Shown: one piece after another, positions 11,450 through 25,004 of the stretch | Layout: every line of letters starts with the position of its first letter | Position numbering within the stretch: position 1 is the first letter of the stretch | Origin: the human T2T-CHM13v2.0 reference genome, Homo sapiens | Direction: 5' to 3' (one strand) | NCBI RefSeq assembly: GCF_009914755.1 | Contig: NC_060934.1 | Length of the DNA: 64,000 nt | Notes under the pieces: model-generated | The model's input: only the letters and a program-made list of their open reading frames with translations | Databases searched by the model: none | What the model was told of the DNA's origin: nothing | Made by a program: the position numbers and the translations under genes

Positions 11450-14310
11450 TCTTGATTTTTTGATTTTAGCTGACAATTTCTGTCTTCTAATTGGGCTATT
11501 TAGGTTATTTACATTTAATGTTATCATTGATATTGTTAGGCTTAAATCTGTCATCTCATTTATTCTGTATTTTTCTCATGAGTGTTTCCCTTTTATTTGT
11601 ATGCCTTTTTAAGATTTATTAAATATTTCGTATAATTCCATTTTATGTCAATTTTTGCCTGCTAGTGATAGTTATGATTTGTGATAGTTATTTGTTTTGT
11701 TATTTTAGTATTTTAGTGGTTACTTTAGAGTTTATAGTATATATCTTTAATTTATTGCAGTCTGTCTTTAACTAATATTATACCATTTCATGAATACTTA
11801 ATAAAGCCCTATAATAGTATACTTCCATTTCTGCTCTCCTGGCATTGTGCTATTATTGTCATACGTTTAACATCTACATATGTTATATAAACCTTATGCT
11901 ATAGTTATTTTTGTTTAAATACTTAATATTTACTCTTTAAACAAAGATATTTAAATAATATTCAAGATATTTAAATAATAAAACATATTTTACTTTTGTT
12001 TTTACCAGTCTCCATGCTCTTCATACACTTTTACAGATCCACATTTCCATCTGGTACTTTCTTTGTCATTTCTGTATATTTTGCATTTGCTGGTGAATTA
12101 AATGATTTCAACTTTCATATGACTGAAAGTCCTTATTTTGTCCTTAATTTTGAAACATAATTACACTTTACAAATCATAACCATTACTAATAAGCAAAAA
12201 CAGACATAAAATGGGATCATATAAAATATTTAATTTTAAAAAGGCATACATATAGGGGGAAACAAAGAATTGATGAGAAAAAAACAAAACAAATGAGATG
12301 ATAGATTTAAACCTAACAATATGAAGGATGTAGAATTCTTATTTCACCAGTTTTTCTTTTTGCTCACCTCTACCTTAAAAATTTGCTCTATTGCATTCTC
12401 TTTGCTCTATTGCATCCTCTATTGCATTCTTGTTTGAATAGTTTTCAGTAAGAAATTTGTTATCCTTGTCTTTGATTACCTGTATATGACATACCTTTCA
12501 TTCTCTGGCTACTTAAAAAATATACTCTTTATCACTGTTTTCAAGAAATTTGTTTATGATGTACCTCAGTGTAGTTTTCTTCATATTTCTTATGCTTGGG
12601 GTTCATTCAGCTTCTTAGATCTGTGAATTTATAATTTTCCTTAAATTTGGAAAATTCCAGTCCTCATTTCTTTAAATATTTATTTTCTCTCCTCGTTCTC
12701 TTCCCCTTTAGAGACTCGACTTACATGTATGCCAGACTGCTTGAAGTTGTGCTGCAGCTTACCCATGAGCTGTTTACTTTAACAATTTTATTTTTTTTCT
12801 GTTTGATTTTGAGCCATTAAAGGGAAAGGTAGCAGTTTCAAGGAACTTACAAAGGAAAATGGCATATTTACTTTGATAAGCTGTAATTAAAAAAAAATAA
12901 GTCAGGTCTTTCCTGTCCAAAACAGTGGCTATCAAAAAATAAGAGAGCTTTTGTAAAAACTGGCAAATGTCAGATTATTCCTTGTTGAAGGAAACGGTTT
13001 ATTTTTGTGTAGAGATTTTCCCTGCCTGAATTTACTGATTTTCTCTCCATTGTGTTATTTGACATGCTCCTCTATTCTCTGTATTTCATGTAGATTGGTA
13101 GATAGATCTGGATGATACAATTTTTTTGACAAGAATATTTCATAGGTAGTTGTGTACTTCAACAACGAAGCACATAATGTCTGATTTTTCTCTTGTGATG
13201 TTAACAGCCTTTGACAGTCATCATTATCACTCCATATGGCAATTTAGTTCCAGTAGACGCCTCATGAGTGACTCATGGGAGTAAGATGTGTTGAGTTTTT
13301 GCTTTTTTTTTTTAATAAGAGACTGCCTTAAGCCTTTAAATATTAGTCTAACTGGATGTAAAATCCCTGGCCTCATTCATTTCCTTGAGCATATTAAATA
13401 TGTAATTCCATTGTCATTTGGCACAAAATGTTGCTGTTAAAATGTCTGATGCCAATCTGATATTTCTTCCATTTTAAATGTTTTGTTATTTTTGTCTGGT
13501 GTTATCCACACAAACAAAATAGTTTTTGAAAAATAAGTACTCTATTTCAAAATTTCAACTACTGTTCTCAGATTGACCTGTCTTGCTAATTTGTACTTTT
13601 TGGAATTTTTTTGTTTGTTGGTTGCCAGTGTTACTAGAAGTGTCATTGTCTCATGCAGCTCACATAGCTGTAAGTGGCTTGTTCCTGCTTTATAATTTTG
13701 GGTTTATGAAGATACGTTGTCATCTAGATGTTTTAGTATATATTATATTGCCTATGGGCTTTTGGGTCTTCCTAGGAGCTCTGTTTATAAGGACAGGGGC
13801 TCTCAGGAGAATTCACAAACAATGCATATGCCATTATACCTGTTTTCTCAATCTTCCTAGTAGGTTTTGAAAATCTTGGATGTGAGTTTTGTTGGTGTCT
13901 TTGTTTGTATTTTCTTTTGTTTTGGTGTTCATGACTTTTAGGGTACGTTGGCTTTTCCCTCATTTCCCTAACTTAGACCCACAGCTGCTGACCTCCCACA
14001 CTCCTGCTCACCACTACTTTTATTCAGGTCATAAAGGACTCTCCATTACCTGGTGGTGTTGAAGATGTTATCCATAGATTCATTTTTTCCACTTTCATAT
14101 TTGATCTGTTTAGTTTTAAGGAGTTTGGAACATTAAAAAAACTACCCTGCTGCTATGGTCAGTCATATCATTGGAAGTTTATGGAACTTTTTTTCCATAT
14201 GGAAGTTAATGGAAATTTGTAAAAGTTTTATCACACCATAAATGTCACTATGTCATACTGGTAGTTCCTTTTTTTACACTTAAATTGTTTTTGGAATTTA
14301 TCCCTGTCGA

Positions 14311-14353
<43 letters not shown>

Positions 14354-14560
14354 ACAATTTCTCTGTGATATTTTCCCCTTGTATCAATATGCCACATTTA
14401 ATTCACCAACTCACCTATTCATTTGCATTTCTGCTATTTCAGATTTTTCACTATAACGAAAAAGACTGCAGTAAAAATTCTGATATATTTCTGTTTGAGA
14501 TCATATGATAGTTACTACAGTGTTTATTTATAAAAATTCATATTTAACCTTTCAAAAATT
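11450..14560 (-). mobile_element. Old L1M antisense fragments (ORF1/inter-ORF and other pieces)
   Basis: ATTTACATTTAATGTTATCATTGATAT and TTGGGGTTCATTCAGCTTCTTAGATCTGTG..AAATTTGGAAAATT are L1M ORF1-region motifs. Fragmented, boundaries approximate. Confidence 0.6.
14313..14348. repeat. (TA)18 microsatellite
   Basis: Perfect TA run. Confidence 0.97.
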
Positions 14561-15412
14561 AAATCACCTAAAAGAGCTTTGTAAATGGAACATGGTATAC
14601 AAATATCACATACTTTAATTATCTGAGATTTTGGCATTTTCTGATTTTTACAAAAGATCTCTTCCTTTTTGATAGCTGCTTTTTTGAACACGAAAGACTT
14701 GACTTTATTTTTTTTTAATGACAGCTTATCAATGTAAACATCCCATTTCCCATTACAAGTTTCTTGAAACTGCTTCCTTTCCCTTTAATGACTCAACAGA
14801 GCACACATAAAGAACTGCACAAACACATGCACACCCCAGAGAGCTTTGTGTGAAAATCTCTGTGTTGGTAGTTTTCTGTGGTGGTTACCCTTTTAGTTTG
14901 CTCTAAAACATCCTAAAAAGAGTAAGGAAGGATATATTGGATTCCCTTCCAGGCTCTTCCATCCTATATCCATGTGCTTGGGGTTTCTGATGGGCTCCCA
15001 GCATTTCCAGCCAGGCAACTTTGCCTGGACAGAAACAAGATTTCTTAGTTTGTACAATATTTATTAATGAATAAGTGAGCCTGACTCTTTGGCCTGGAGT
15101 CCTTTGCTTTTCATTTGGGTAAATTAACTTAGGAACACTAAATTCAACTCATTGAATTTCCTGTGTATTATTTTGTTGAGGAAGCAGTGATCGTAGTGTT
15201 TTTAGATATGGTCCAGGCAGCTGTGACTGCCCCAGATGAGGGTAAGAACATTTCTGTTTTCCCCCGGCTGAGACCTCACACGTTGGTCTCAGTCTCAAAG
15301 GGAAAAGCCACCAGCTGTTTGATAAATGTGTTCATTTGTTCATTCACTTGACATGCCTTTATGGAACACCTGCTGTGTGGCCGGCTGTGGTAGAAGCTCA
15401 GGATGCAAACAC

Positions 15413-15457
<45 letters not shown>
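15413..15457. repeat. (GAT)15 microsatellite
   Basis: Perfect 45-bp GAT run. Confidence 0.97.
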
Positions 15458-15599
15458 CACACTGAGCACAATGATGATGGGTTTAGATGTGCTTGTTTCC
15501 TGGTAATAGATGGAGAATATTTTTTCCATTGCATGAATATACTACATTTAATTGATCAATTTTACAATTCATGCACATTTAGGATGTTTGTTCCAATGA

Positions 15600-15780
15600 T
15601 TTACATGATTAGCTGCTTTCATCTTCACAATAATCCTAGAGGTTGGCAATATTGTTCTCGCCCCTATTTTACAGACGGGAGAAGGAAGGCACAGAGAGTG
15701 AAGCAGTTTTCTTGTAAGTGCTCTTATGTGGTGAGCCTGGGATCCCATCCTAGGCAGCCTTATTCCAAAGACCACATGCT
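15600..15780 (-). mobile_element. MIR SINE within L2 remnants
   Basis: CTTCACAATAATCCTAGAGGT..CCCCTATTTTACAGACGGGAGAAGGAAGGCACAGAGAGTGAAG is the antisense MIR core. An L2 3' end (TTCATTTGTTCATTCA) lies at ~15330. Confidence 0.75.
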
Positions 15781-16045
15781 CAAGAACTCTCCTCTCTCCA
15801 CCTGTCCAGAAGTAGTTGCTGTCCTAAGGAATTCACAGGCTAAGAGCTCAACATGCAAATAAGTCACTTATAGTACATAGTAGTAAGAAACAATAGCTGA
15901 CCACTTAGACAGGCGTAGCCCAGAGAAGAGGGGACTAGCTCACCTCTGCAGGTAGGAGGAAGTCTGCTGGGGAGACTCCTTGTTTTGAAGGATACATAGG
16001 CTCAGCCCAATCAATTCGGACTCCTAGAGAAGGCGTTTGTACATG

Positions 16046-16101
16046 GCAGTGGGGGACTATGTGGACAGTGTGAGCAGTGGTGGACTATGTTGACAGTGTG
16101 A
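16046..16101. repeat. 28-bp tandem duplication (26/28 identical)
   Basis: GCAGTGGGGGACTATGTGGACAGTGTGA followed by GCAGTGGTGGACTATGTTGACAGTGTGA. Confidence 0.9.
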
Positions 16102-16157
16102 GCTCACCTACAGCAGGGCAGTGCGGAGGAACAGGAGGCTCCCCAAGAGAGTCCACT

Positions 16158-16320
16158 TGGGGTCAGAAGTTCAGGCCCTGCCACTCTGCCTCTCACGACC
16201 TCTGGCAAGTCACTTAGCTCTCCTGATGTGGTCTTCACTTAATCTCACACATTGGTCTCAGTCTCAAAGGGAATAATCAATGCAGAAGTTCCTTGTAAAT
16301 GGCAAAGTGCTGGGCACTGT
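16158..16320 (+). mobile_element. MIR fragment
   Basis: GGGGTCAGAAGTTCAGGCCCTGCCACT..GGCAAGTCACTTAGCTCTC. Confidence 0.55.
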
Positions 16321-18059
16321 GACGGCTGCTACCACTCCCTGGAAAGGACAAATGAGGCCTGGCGGGTCTCATTGGGGGCAGCGTGAATCATGGCTCTATC
16401 GCCTTGCTCCAGTGACTGCCTCGTAAAGCTTCATCTAATCCCTAGGTTCCAGCCTTGAGCTCCTCAGGAAAGGTGTCAAGTATCACGTTTCACCACGAAC
16501 TGTTGGTGTTGACCTGACAGTCAGGGCCTGGCCAGCGAGCTGAGGCTGCGCTTCTCCACGCCACTCAGCCATGGTCCCCTTTCTTCCTCCATAGGCAGAA
16601 AGCATCTGTTTCTGTACAATAAAGAGAGCGGCTCCACTGATAACACAGTCGCTCAACCGGCCCCAACCACCAGAACAGTAGCACTGGTTAACTCTGTGCA
16701 CAGAAGCAGGGACTTTCCCTAAAGTAGTTCTCAGAAACTGGGAAAGTAAGACTGGGCTGAGGGTTTATCCTAGAAGAATGTGTCAGGATAGCCCCTTTAT
16801 TAAGAGGTTTCATCCATGATTCAATCTATAATTCCAAGAACTCTCATTTTTTAGACTTAACAAGCTCTCCATCAATAATGGCTGGAGAAAGACTAAAGAG
16901 CATATTTTAAAAACTGAAACCTGCAATCTCCTGATGATGGAGACCAAAAATGGAAATAATCACACAGATTTCTCTAGGTCCTCAGGCCCTCCAGGTTTCC
17001 CAGGCTCCCTCTTGAGAGAGCTACATTCCATTCAGACCAGGGGGAATTTACATTGAGGGATCCGTCTCATTGTACTCTGCTGAACCTAGCAGCCAAGCTG
17101 GCCAGAAGAGTCCTCACTTGCATGGCAGGTGCTGACATTGGCAGGGAAGCCTTCCCCAATCCAGCTCTGTGTCATTCTTGGGAATGGGCAGTGGCCCGTG
17201 TGTTCTCCTGAGGTTGGAGTAGTTTCCTTCCCTGGCGAAGCTGCAGTGAGGAGGCCACCGGGCATGGCAGTCTGGAGTTCAGTGTGTCCTGTGCTTGCTG
17301 TAGAGCTCCCTTTCACTCTGGGTCTGCTGGGAATATGTGATCATGAAATGCACTGAGAAGAGGCAGCACCACATCTTTGGATAAAGATGCTCCATCAAAC
17401 TAACCGACTAAGGTCATGACCCCAGGGTGATCCCTAAACCCAGAGCCATGGCCACCCTGGACCTCCCCACCCAGCCATGCTACCTGTGTCTAGGCCTGGG
17501 GGCAACTCAGCTCTGCTTCTCTCAGAAGCTTCTGGTCAAAGAATGGTCTGTCCTGCCTTGGCTGTGGTAAGGCTGCCACACAACCCATTTTAGGAAACTT
17601 TCATGGTGATGGTTGGGTTGGACGACCTGCTGCCTTTAACTCAGTGTCCTGGATGTCACCTGAAAGGCATCGGCTTCACAACATCCTAGACCTTAAGGCT
17701 CTGAGCCCCCCACTTGCTTCCTGGCAATGTGTGCTTAGTCAGCCTCATGGCTGCTTCAAGCTTCCCACTTACGATGCCTCTATCTTTGTTCAAGTCCTTT
17801 TTAACATATTTCGTTCCTCCAAATTGTGTAATTTGAATTTGGTTTTACTTTGACTGACTATGATATTTTATGGAAACACATGATGATAAGCCCCCAGCAA
17901 CTTGCATCTCCCTTAGCTGAAGTGTGAGTTGGAGCCCTGAGCTGCACACTTCGATGGTGCTGAAAGAGGGTCCTGGAGAGGCAAGCAGGTGCATTTGGGC
18001 ATGCGCAGCCCTGGCCAGCTATATCCTTTGCTGTATTCTTCTCAGCGTATGGCCCTCCA

Positions 18060-18770
18060 GACCTCCTAGCTCGCTCACAGTCATAGCCAAAGTCACGTTT
18101 TGCCCTCATCTACTCCCCTTCCCCTACTCCATGGGGCACACCGGCCTCCTGCCTCCTTGGCCATGCAAGGCACTGGCTCACCTGCCTGGACACCTTTGCA
18201 CACCTGTCTACAGGATGGCGCCATCACCTCCTCCAGGTCTTTGCCCAAAAGTCACCTTCTTGGGGACTTGTTCTTTACCATTTGATTATTTAAAATTACA
18301 GCAGATTCCTAGAACCAACCATCCCTTTTGCTCTCTCTCTCTCTTTTTTTTTTTTGCCCTTCTCACCATTGGGCATGCTCTTTACTGATTGTGTATTTCT
18401 CCCAGCCACTGTGTAACCCTTAGAAGACAGATTTTTTTCTTTACAACTTTTATTTTCGGCTCAAGGGGTACAAGTGCAGGTTTTTTACACGGGTAAATTG
18501 CGTGTTGTGGGGGTTTGACGTACAGATTACTTTGTCTCTAATAAGGAATAAGCACAATACCCCATGGGTAGTTTTTAATCCTCATGCTCCATCTTCTGCC
18601 CTCAGGTAGGCGCGGCAGTCCTTGTTCCCTTTGTGTCTACACATATGCAGTGATCAGCTCCCACGTCCATATGAGATCATGGAGGACAGGTGTCTGCCTG
18701 GTTTGTTACCTTCCCAGTACCTGGGCAAGAGTATCCATGAACTAATGTGGAATACATACCTTCTAAGGAA
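18060..18770 (+). mobile_element. L2 fragment interrupted by an L1 3' piece
   Basis: CTCCAGGTCTTTGCCCAAAAGTCACCTTC and the split AGAAGACAG / GGAGGACAG..TTGTTACC..CCCAGTACCTGG L2 motifs. Confidence 0.55.
18432..18682 (-). mobile_element. Short L1PA15/16-like 3' end
   Basis: CAACTTTTATTTT..AGGGGTACAAGTGCAGGTT..GGGTAAATTGCGTGT..AGCTCCCAC..TGAGATCATG. Confidence 0.75.
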
Positions 18771-21700
18771 TAAATGAACATTATATCCTCATATTATATA
18801 AAGAATATCATTTGAAGTATTTCTCCTTGTGTAACATCTCTCTAAGTAAAAATTAAATTTCTCTAGTAGAATAACTTTAAAACAACACAAAACTTCATTT
18901 ATCCATAGATATATATTTAAGCCATCTTTTTACTTTTTTGTAAAAGTTTTGAAAAACTTTTTCTTTCAGGCAATAAAAGTAATTCAGAATCATTGTAAAG
19001 AGTTTTTAGAAAGTACTGTTATTTTTAAAATTAGTAATTAGTAATAATGCCAGAGTTAACCACTGTTAGCACTTTGCTATATTTCCTTTTATATTTTTAT
19101 CTATGCTGCACATTTGCATAGACACACACACATGCTTCTATAAATACTTAATGGTATTTGTCTACACACATATGTATATATATATATTTAGGTTGGAATT
19201 GTACTATGTTTACTTTTATCATGTACTATGCCAAGAACATATTATATATTGTTCATTGCTGGTCTTTCTGGAACACTATGTTCAGAGATATACTATCATT
19301 TCACCACATATAATCTATCATAATTTAACTAATATGCTATTGTGGATAATAAGTGTTTTCATTTTCATTATCTATTGAGTTTATTGGTCTTTAACAGCTC
19401 TTACTTTTATTTATTCTAATTCCTTTAGCTTATTTTGCTTGTATATTTTACCTCTCAATAACCTTCAAAGTTTAGTCTTTTGTCCTTATGTTCTTTCAAA
19501 ATGGCATTTTCTTGACTCTCAGTGGTTTCGTCCCATGGCCTGTTTACCTTTAGTTCCTTGATTCTATCTGTCTCACCTTCCTTGTATTTTCTAGAGTAGA
19601 TCTCATTTCCGGGATGTGTTTCCTGGCAGGCTTTCACTGTGGTGAAGTGGGAACAACGTGACCCCACAGCCCACTTCCTACTCTGTCAGAACCTTCTCCT
19701 CAAAGAGCACGCTCAGGACCTGGGGTTCTTCCCCCTGTGGCTGGCTAGGTCACAGTGCCCTCTGGAATCATGTTCCCAGCCATCCCTTGCTGAGAGAGGA
19801 ACATTCCATGTTCTAGAGTCTCTAACATGTGCAGCCTCTGATGAGGAGCAAGAATGCCCCCTCTCATCCAGCCTTGTCAGGGCCAAGTGAAAGAAGCCCG
19901 GGCAGGCCTGGGGAAGCTGCCCAAGGAGCCTCAGTAGTCAATGCTGGCATCGTTTCTCTCTCAGCCCCGTCTCTGTCACTTTGAAGCTTTCTACTGGTTT
20001 CCTTTGAGTCCCCTCAGCTCCCCAGTCAGATCAAGGAAGAGCTGGTTGTTGCTTTCACAGACTTCAGGGGCAAGCAGATCTGAGTACCTCGGGGGTCAAA
20101 CAGACCTGCCCCAACCACAGCGTTGAAGAGGAGATCCATTTCCTAAAAATGAGGGGAGACGGCTATTGGTGGGATACTCTATTCACATCTGTCTCCACTG
20201 CATGTCTACAGAACGGCTCCCTGTAGTCTGGGAGTAGCGTTCCCTGGCTTCTCTGAGCTTCCTGCGGTCCACGAAAGGCTGTTTCCCTTGACAGAAGCCT
20301 TTCCTCTTCTTCCATATCTGGTTGACTGCATGTCCTTTGGAGCCAGCCCTCTGGACTGAGGACTTGAATCTCTGATTAATCCGCCCAGTACTCAGCTCCA
20401 TGGCCTCAGTGGTGTCCACGAGACTCTTGACACGGGACCTATTCACAAGGGAAGGCACCTCCCCACAGATGCACCTGAAAGCCGTGGACCCTGTGATTCT
20501 CAGGAATTCGGCTGACTGATGGAGCAATCCTTCCCACACGGGTGAAGGTGGAGGACTCCCCTTGACCCAGACACACGGGTATTCCGTGAGTTTCTTGACG
20601 GTGCCAGTTCCTCTGAAGTATGGATTTTACTCCTTGGTGTTGTCTGATTAGATAAACTCTCCAAGATAAAGATCCGGATATATTGGCAAGGGACCTGGCT
20701 TTTAGAAAACATATTCCTCAGATTTAAAGTTGTAGGCCCTCTTTTCTCTCCAGGTATGTGAAGAAAATACCTTTGGCAAAGGTCTTGGTGGGCTGGCGCC
20801 TGTATCTGCTTAGCTTCTGGAAGAACTGGCTCGTGCACTGAGAATCTGCTTCTTCCATATCTGGCTAGAAGTCTCATTAGATGTATGATCTACAGTCTGG
20901 CCAGGGTGCATTCCATCTACTCGGCTTCTGGGTCCCATTGCAATCCAACTTTAACCTTGATTCTCTGCCCCAGGAGAGGGATGGTTATCTGAGAAGACCC
21001 ATCATTAGGCCCAGCCTTGGGCTCCTGGGCCCACCTGCAGCCAGTGGGCCATCCTCTGGGTGGTTTGCAGCCACAGTTGGGAGGGAGGTTGAGTTCAAGG
21101 GTTTGCTAGTTTGTAAGTGAATTTTATTGCTGTAACATCATTCTCACTCACTTGCCCTCTGACGTGCTTTCTTGGGCAGGAGGGAAGGTCAGGGTGACTC
21201 AGTGGTGCAGAAATTATCTTGATTCCTGGGCACCCCCTGGACCCCACCTGGGCCTCTGGTCCAAGGAAAGCAACGACACTCACGTTAGGGCCCTGAATAC
21301 TCAAGTCCAGCCTCTGCCTTTTTGTAAATAGTAAATCTACCCGAGGTTATGTACATCCCAAAGGGGAAATGTGCCTTTTCCACCCTGTTACACAGCGTGG
21401 AGGTGCATTTACAACTTGAATGTGAGAAATTCACCCCCAGCTGGACACCAAGGCCAAAGGGCCTTCTTACTGTCAGGCTTCTCTGCTGCAGGCCTGATGT
21501 GCATGGCAGACTCACACCTCTGACGATCTCAGCCAGACGAGACGAGGGCCATTAAGGTGGGAATTCAATTTCTGGACTTCAGTTATACCATGAAATGTTA
21601 TGTGGCTATTTAAAAAGCATGCTTTTGGAGTTATTTTAAGACATGGGAAGATGTTCTTAGTACATTACAAAGTTGAAGAAAAGGACAGGGCCCTAAGCTG

Positions 21701-22029
21701 CTTCCTCAGTAAGACCCCCATTTTGTTATCTGTATATATAGCCATATCAAAATGCTGATGATAGATATTTTTGGGTGACTTCATTATAGGTACTTTCTAA
21801 TATTTTTCAAATATCTACAGTGTATGTGAATTATTTTGTAATGAGAAAAGACACATTGTTGAATTAGTATAAGTTTTGTTTAAAAAAACTGTATTAAAAT
21901 TATGAGTTTCATAATTTATAATGAACCCCCACCCACAGACCCATCACCCATTCTCAAAAATTACCCCAACTATGGGCTAATCTTATTTCATCTATGCCAC
22001 CATCTACTTCTCTCCTGCTCATATTACTA

Positions 22030-22262
22030 TTTTTAAATTAACAGACAATTTTTGAGAGCAGTTTTTGGCTTAAAAAAGTGGAGCAGACACAATGGAGAGT
22101 TCCCACATGCTCTCCCCTGACCCCAGTTTCCCTATTACAAACATATTGCATTAATGTGGAATGTTTGTACAATGGATGAACCAATACTGATGAATTCTTA
22201 TTAATTAAAGTCCCTAGGTTACTGTAGGGTTCACTCTTTGTTTTGTATAGTTCCGTGAACAC
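22030..22262 (-). mobile_element. L1MC/L1MD 3' end fragment
   Basis: TTTTGAGAGCAGTTTT..GAGTTCCCACAT..CAGTTTCCCTATTA..GATGAACCAATACTGAT..AGGGTTCACTCTT. Confidence 0.75.
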
Positions 22263-25004
22263 AGGTTTTTAGCTTTTTTTATTCCACAACTTATCAAGTG
22301 GATTATTCCCAAGACTACAAATGTCTGAACCAACTTAACTATTTGAAGTATCTAAATTGCATTCCAACTACAATCCAGGAACAAGTGAGGTGATGAAGAA
22401 GCCCTTTAGAAACATCTGAAAAGCACAAAGTTGAGAACACAGCAGCCACATTGAAATCTCCATCCCTAGTATATGAGTATAAAGCAACAGCAGTGTGGGT
22501 TGCTGGTGCTGATGTGTGGGGGCTGGGTTGTAGGGCTGCGCCTGCTGCCTGGGGAAGGTGAGCCTCACTCCTCCGGGAACAGTAACTTTAACTGGAGCAC
22601 AGTTGTTGAGGCAGTGGGAGTGGGAAGGAGCGTGCAGAATGTTCTCCAAGACTGATTGGAGCCAGAACCTACAAAGGGGATTAAAAAAAATTAAAAAGTA
22701 ATCCTGGAAGCCTAATGAAACAGAGACTTTCTCAGCAGTGGAATGGGGGAGCAATGCCCAGCCATGATGTCACCATGGCCGGCCAGGCAGCTCTTTCCAG
22801 ACACCTGCCAGACGCTAATTAGTCCAGGCCTCCAGAGCAGGGATCCGGGTGGGAGCAGAGGGAGCAGAGGTCATTTTCCCCAGGACATTTGCAACCTGTC
22901 AGAGTTTAATGCCCTCTCCCCACAACCAGCCTACAGTAGAGTTTTGGTTTCTATATGCAGAAGGGGACAAAAATTGTCATAGCCAGCTGACTCAGCCCCT
23001 AAATTAATCATGCCAGTTGTGGTAGAGACCACATTGACTGTTTGCTCTTCAACAATCTCACTGATAAGCACTTCCTGCATGGGGCCAGGCTTCTGGGAGG
23101 CACTGGTGGCAAGACAGGGCAGGCTCTGCAGGGGCACTGACCTCCCACTGCAGGACACCAAGCCCCTGAAGACAGTGGGGGCTGCTCTTTATTTGCTTAT
23201 TTCCAGGGGCCCCACCAGCCTTCACTTTGCCCTGTGTAGCCAAAGGGCCATGTGCATGCACAGACACATGTCATCTGGGTTTCCTGAGAGTGGAGGAGAC
23301 CAAAACTGAATTCTGAGTTTCCAAGTTTCCAAATATTCAGCCCGTCATGATGGTGTGGGCAAGCCCTCCTGTGTGGATGGAGTCACAGAGAGCCGGACGC
23401 TGCTTCCTTCCACCTTCTTTTGGGGCCACAGCTAGACGTCAGTCACTTCTCAGCAGTGGGCCTCACCCCTTCCCAGCCAGGAGCACCAAACTCAACCCAG
23501 GACCATTCAGATTCTTAGGCTACTTTAGAGAATCTGTACAAACCTATATAGAAAAGCAATTAGGAAACTTTAAAAAGAAAACTAGGAGAAGGGACTAGCT
23601 CTACATGATTCCAAAATATATTTTAGGTTTCCATGGAAAATGGCACCTGGTAAGAATTCCAGATACAACCTCCTCTCCCTTTCCATGAAAAGACCTAGGA
23701 AGAAACAGAAACGCTTGGATACTAACAGATTCTTACTGCATGTGTATTGCATACCAGGTATCATGCTGGGTACTTCCAGCAGCTCATCAAGGTTGGCGGA
23801 GTAACTGACCCCACTTACAGAGGACACCCACCCGCCCAGGCATGCACAACCCCACAGACTCAGCCAGCAAGGGGCACGATGGGTGTCATGTCTAGCCCTT
23901 CCTGGACCCCAGGGCTGTGCTCCTACTGAGGCCACTCACCTGGTCTTCAGAATCCTGGGGGAATTTCCACAGCATGGGAACCTAAGGGGCTGAACCAAGA
24001 ATCACGTGCAGAAGCTGGCAGTGTCTGAGCCTGGGACAGATAGGGAGGGACAACGGCTTGGGGCCTGTGGTCATCTCTCCCCTCACAGGCCCATGTTGTT
24101 GGCTCTCAGGCCACTGAGCAGTCTTAGGTCTGAGCTGTGGTTACTTTCTGGAGGTTTCATAGAAAGGCTTTGATAGCTGACCTCAATCATTGTCTCCTAG
24201 CCCAAGATGGAGCAAATCCATCAGCCTAGTTCAAAGGCCAGTAACTTCCTCTGTCATGGCTCAAAACCCAGGCCACGACCAAGCCCTGCCATGCCTGGCA
24301 AGGGAACGACTCTTGGCGTTGACCAGAGAACTGCTCCCTGTACTGTTTCCCTGACCTCTTTCCTCCACCTGATTTCCCCATAAACCTTCTCTTTCTAAAT
24401 CTGTTCAGGGGAGCCAGAGAGTAGCGGAGGAGAGGTAGCAGCGCTGTCTCCCAATTCTTCCCTCGCAGTCAGCCCCTGCAATGTCTTCTCTACATAGTAG
24501 CTATGGTAAGACTTTTAAAACATACATTCAGCTCTGCACCTCCTCTGCTGGTGCTCTCAAATAGCCCCATGGCTTCTCGTGTTGGAAAAGCCTCTCCTCC
24601 CTACCCATTCCACTCCTGACTCTGGAGGCCTTGCTCTTCCTGCAAATACCAGGTGAGCTCTGGCTTCAGGGCCTTTGTGTATGCTGGGCCTCCTCCTAGG
24701 ATGCACTTTGGCCAAGTGTGCTCATGCTCTTCTATGTCCACTGTTGGCTTGGACAAGGATGAGTTCTCTTTGTCTTTTAACAAATGAGGACCTCGGTTTC
24801 TGAAATACTGGTAATGTAAAAAAAGAGTTCTGGCTTGAACTTGAGAAGTTGATTTTGTCTGACCTTATGAAATCTCTTGAGAATACACAAGAGTGATTCA
24901 ATGAAGGGGAAGTGAACTGATCTTCCCTCTCTTAAGTGATCCACCAAGGAGAGGAAGGGAATCCAGAACTTTCAGGAGCAAAGTCATATGTTGGAAAGGT
25001 GTCC

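Noticed and set aside
15326-15862. 178-aa ORF with poly-Asp
   Set aside because: Produced by a (GAT)15 microsatellite plus L2/L1/MIR remnants, with a GTG start.
17560-17850. Possible CR1/L3 or pseudogene fragment
   Set aside because: Only vague motif resemblance; cannot be supported without a profile search.
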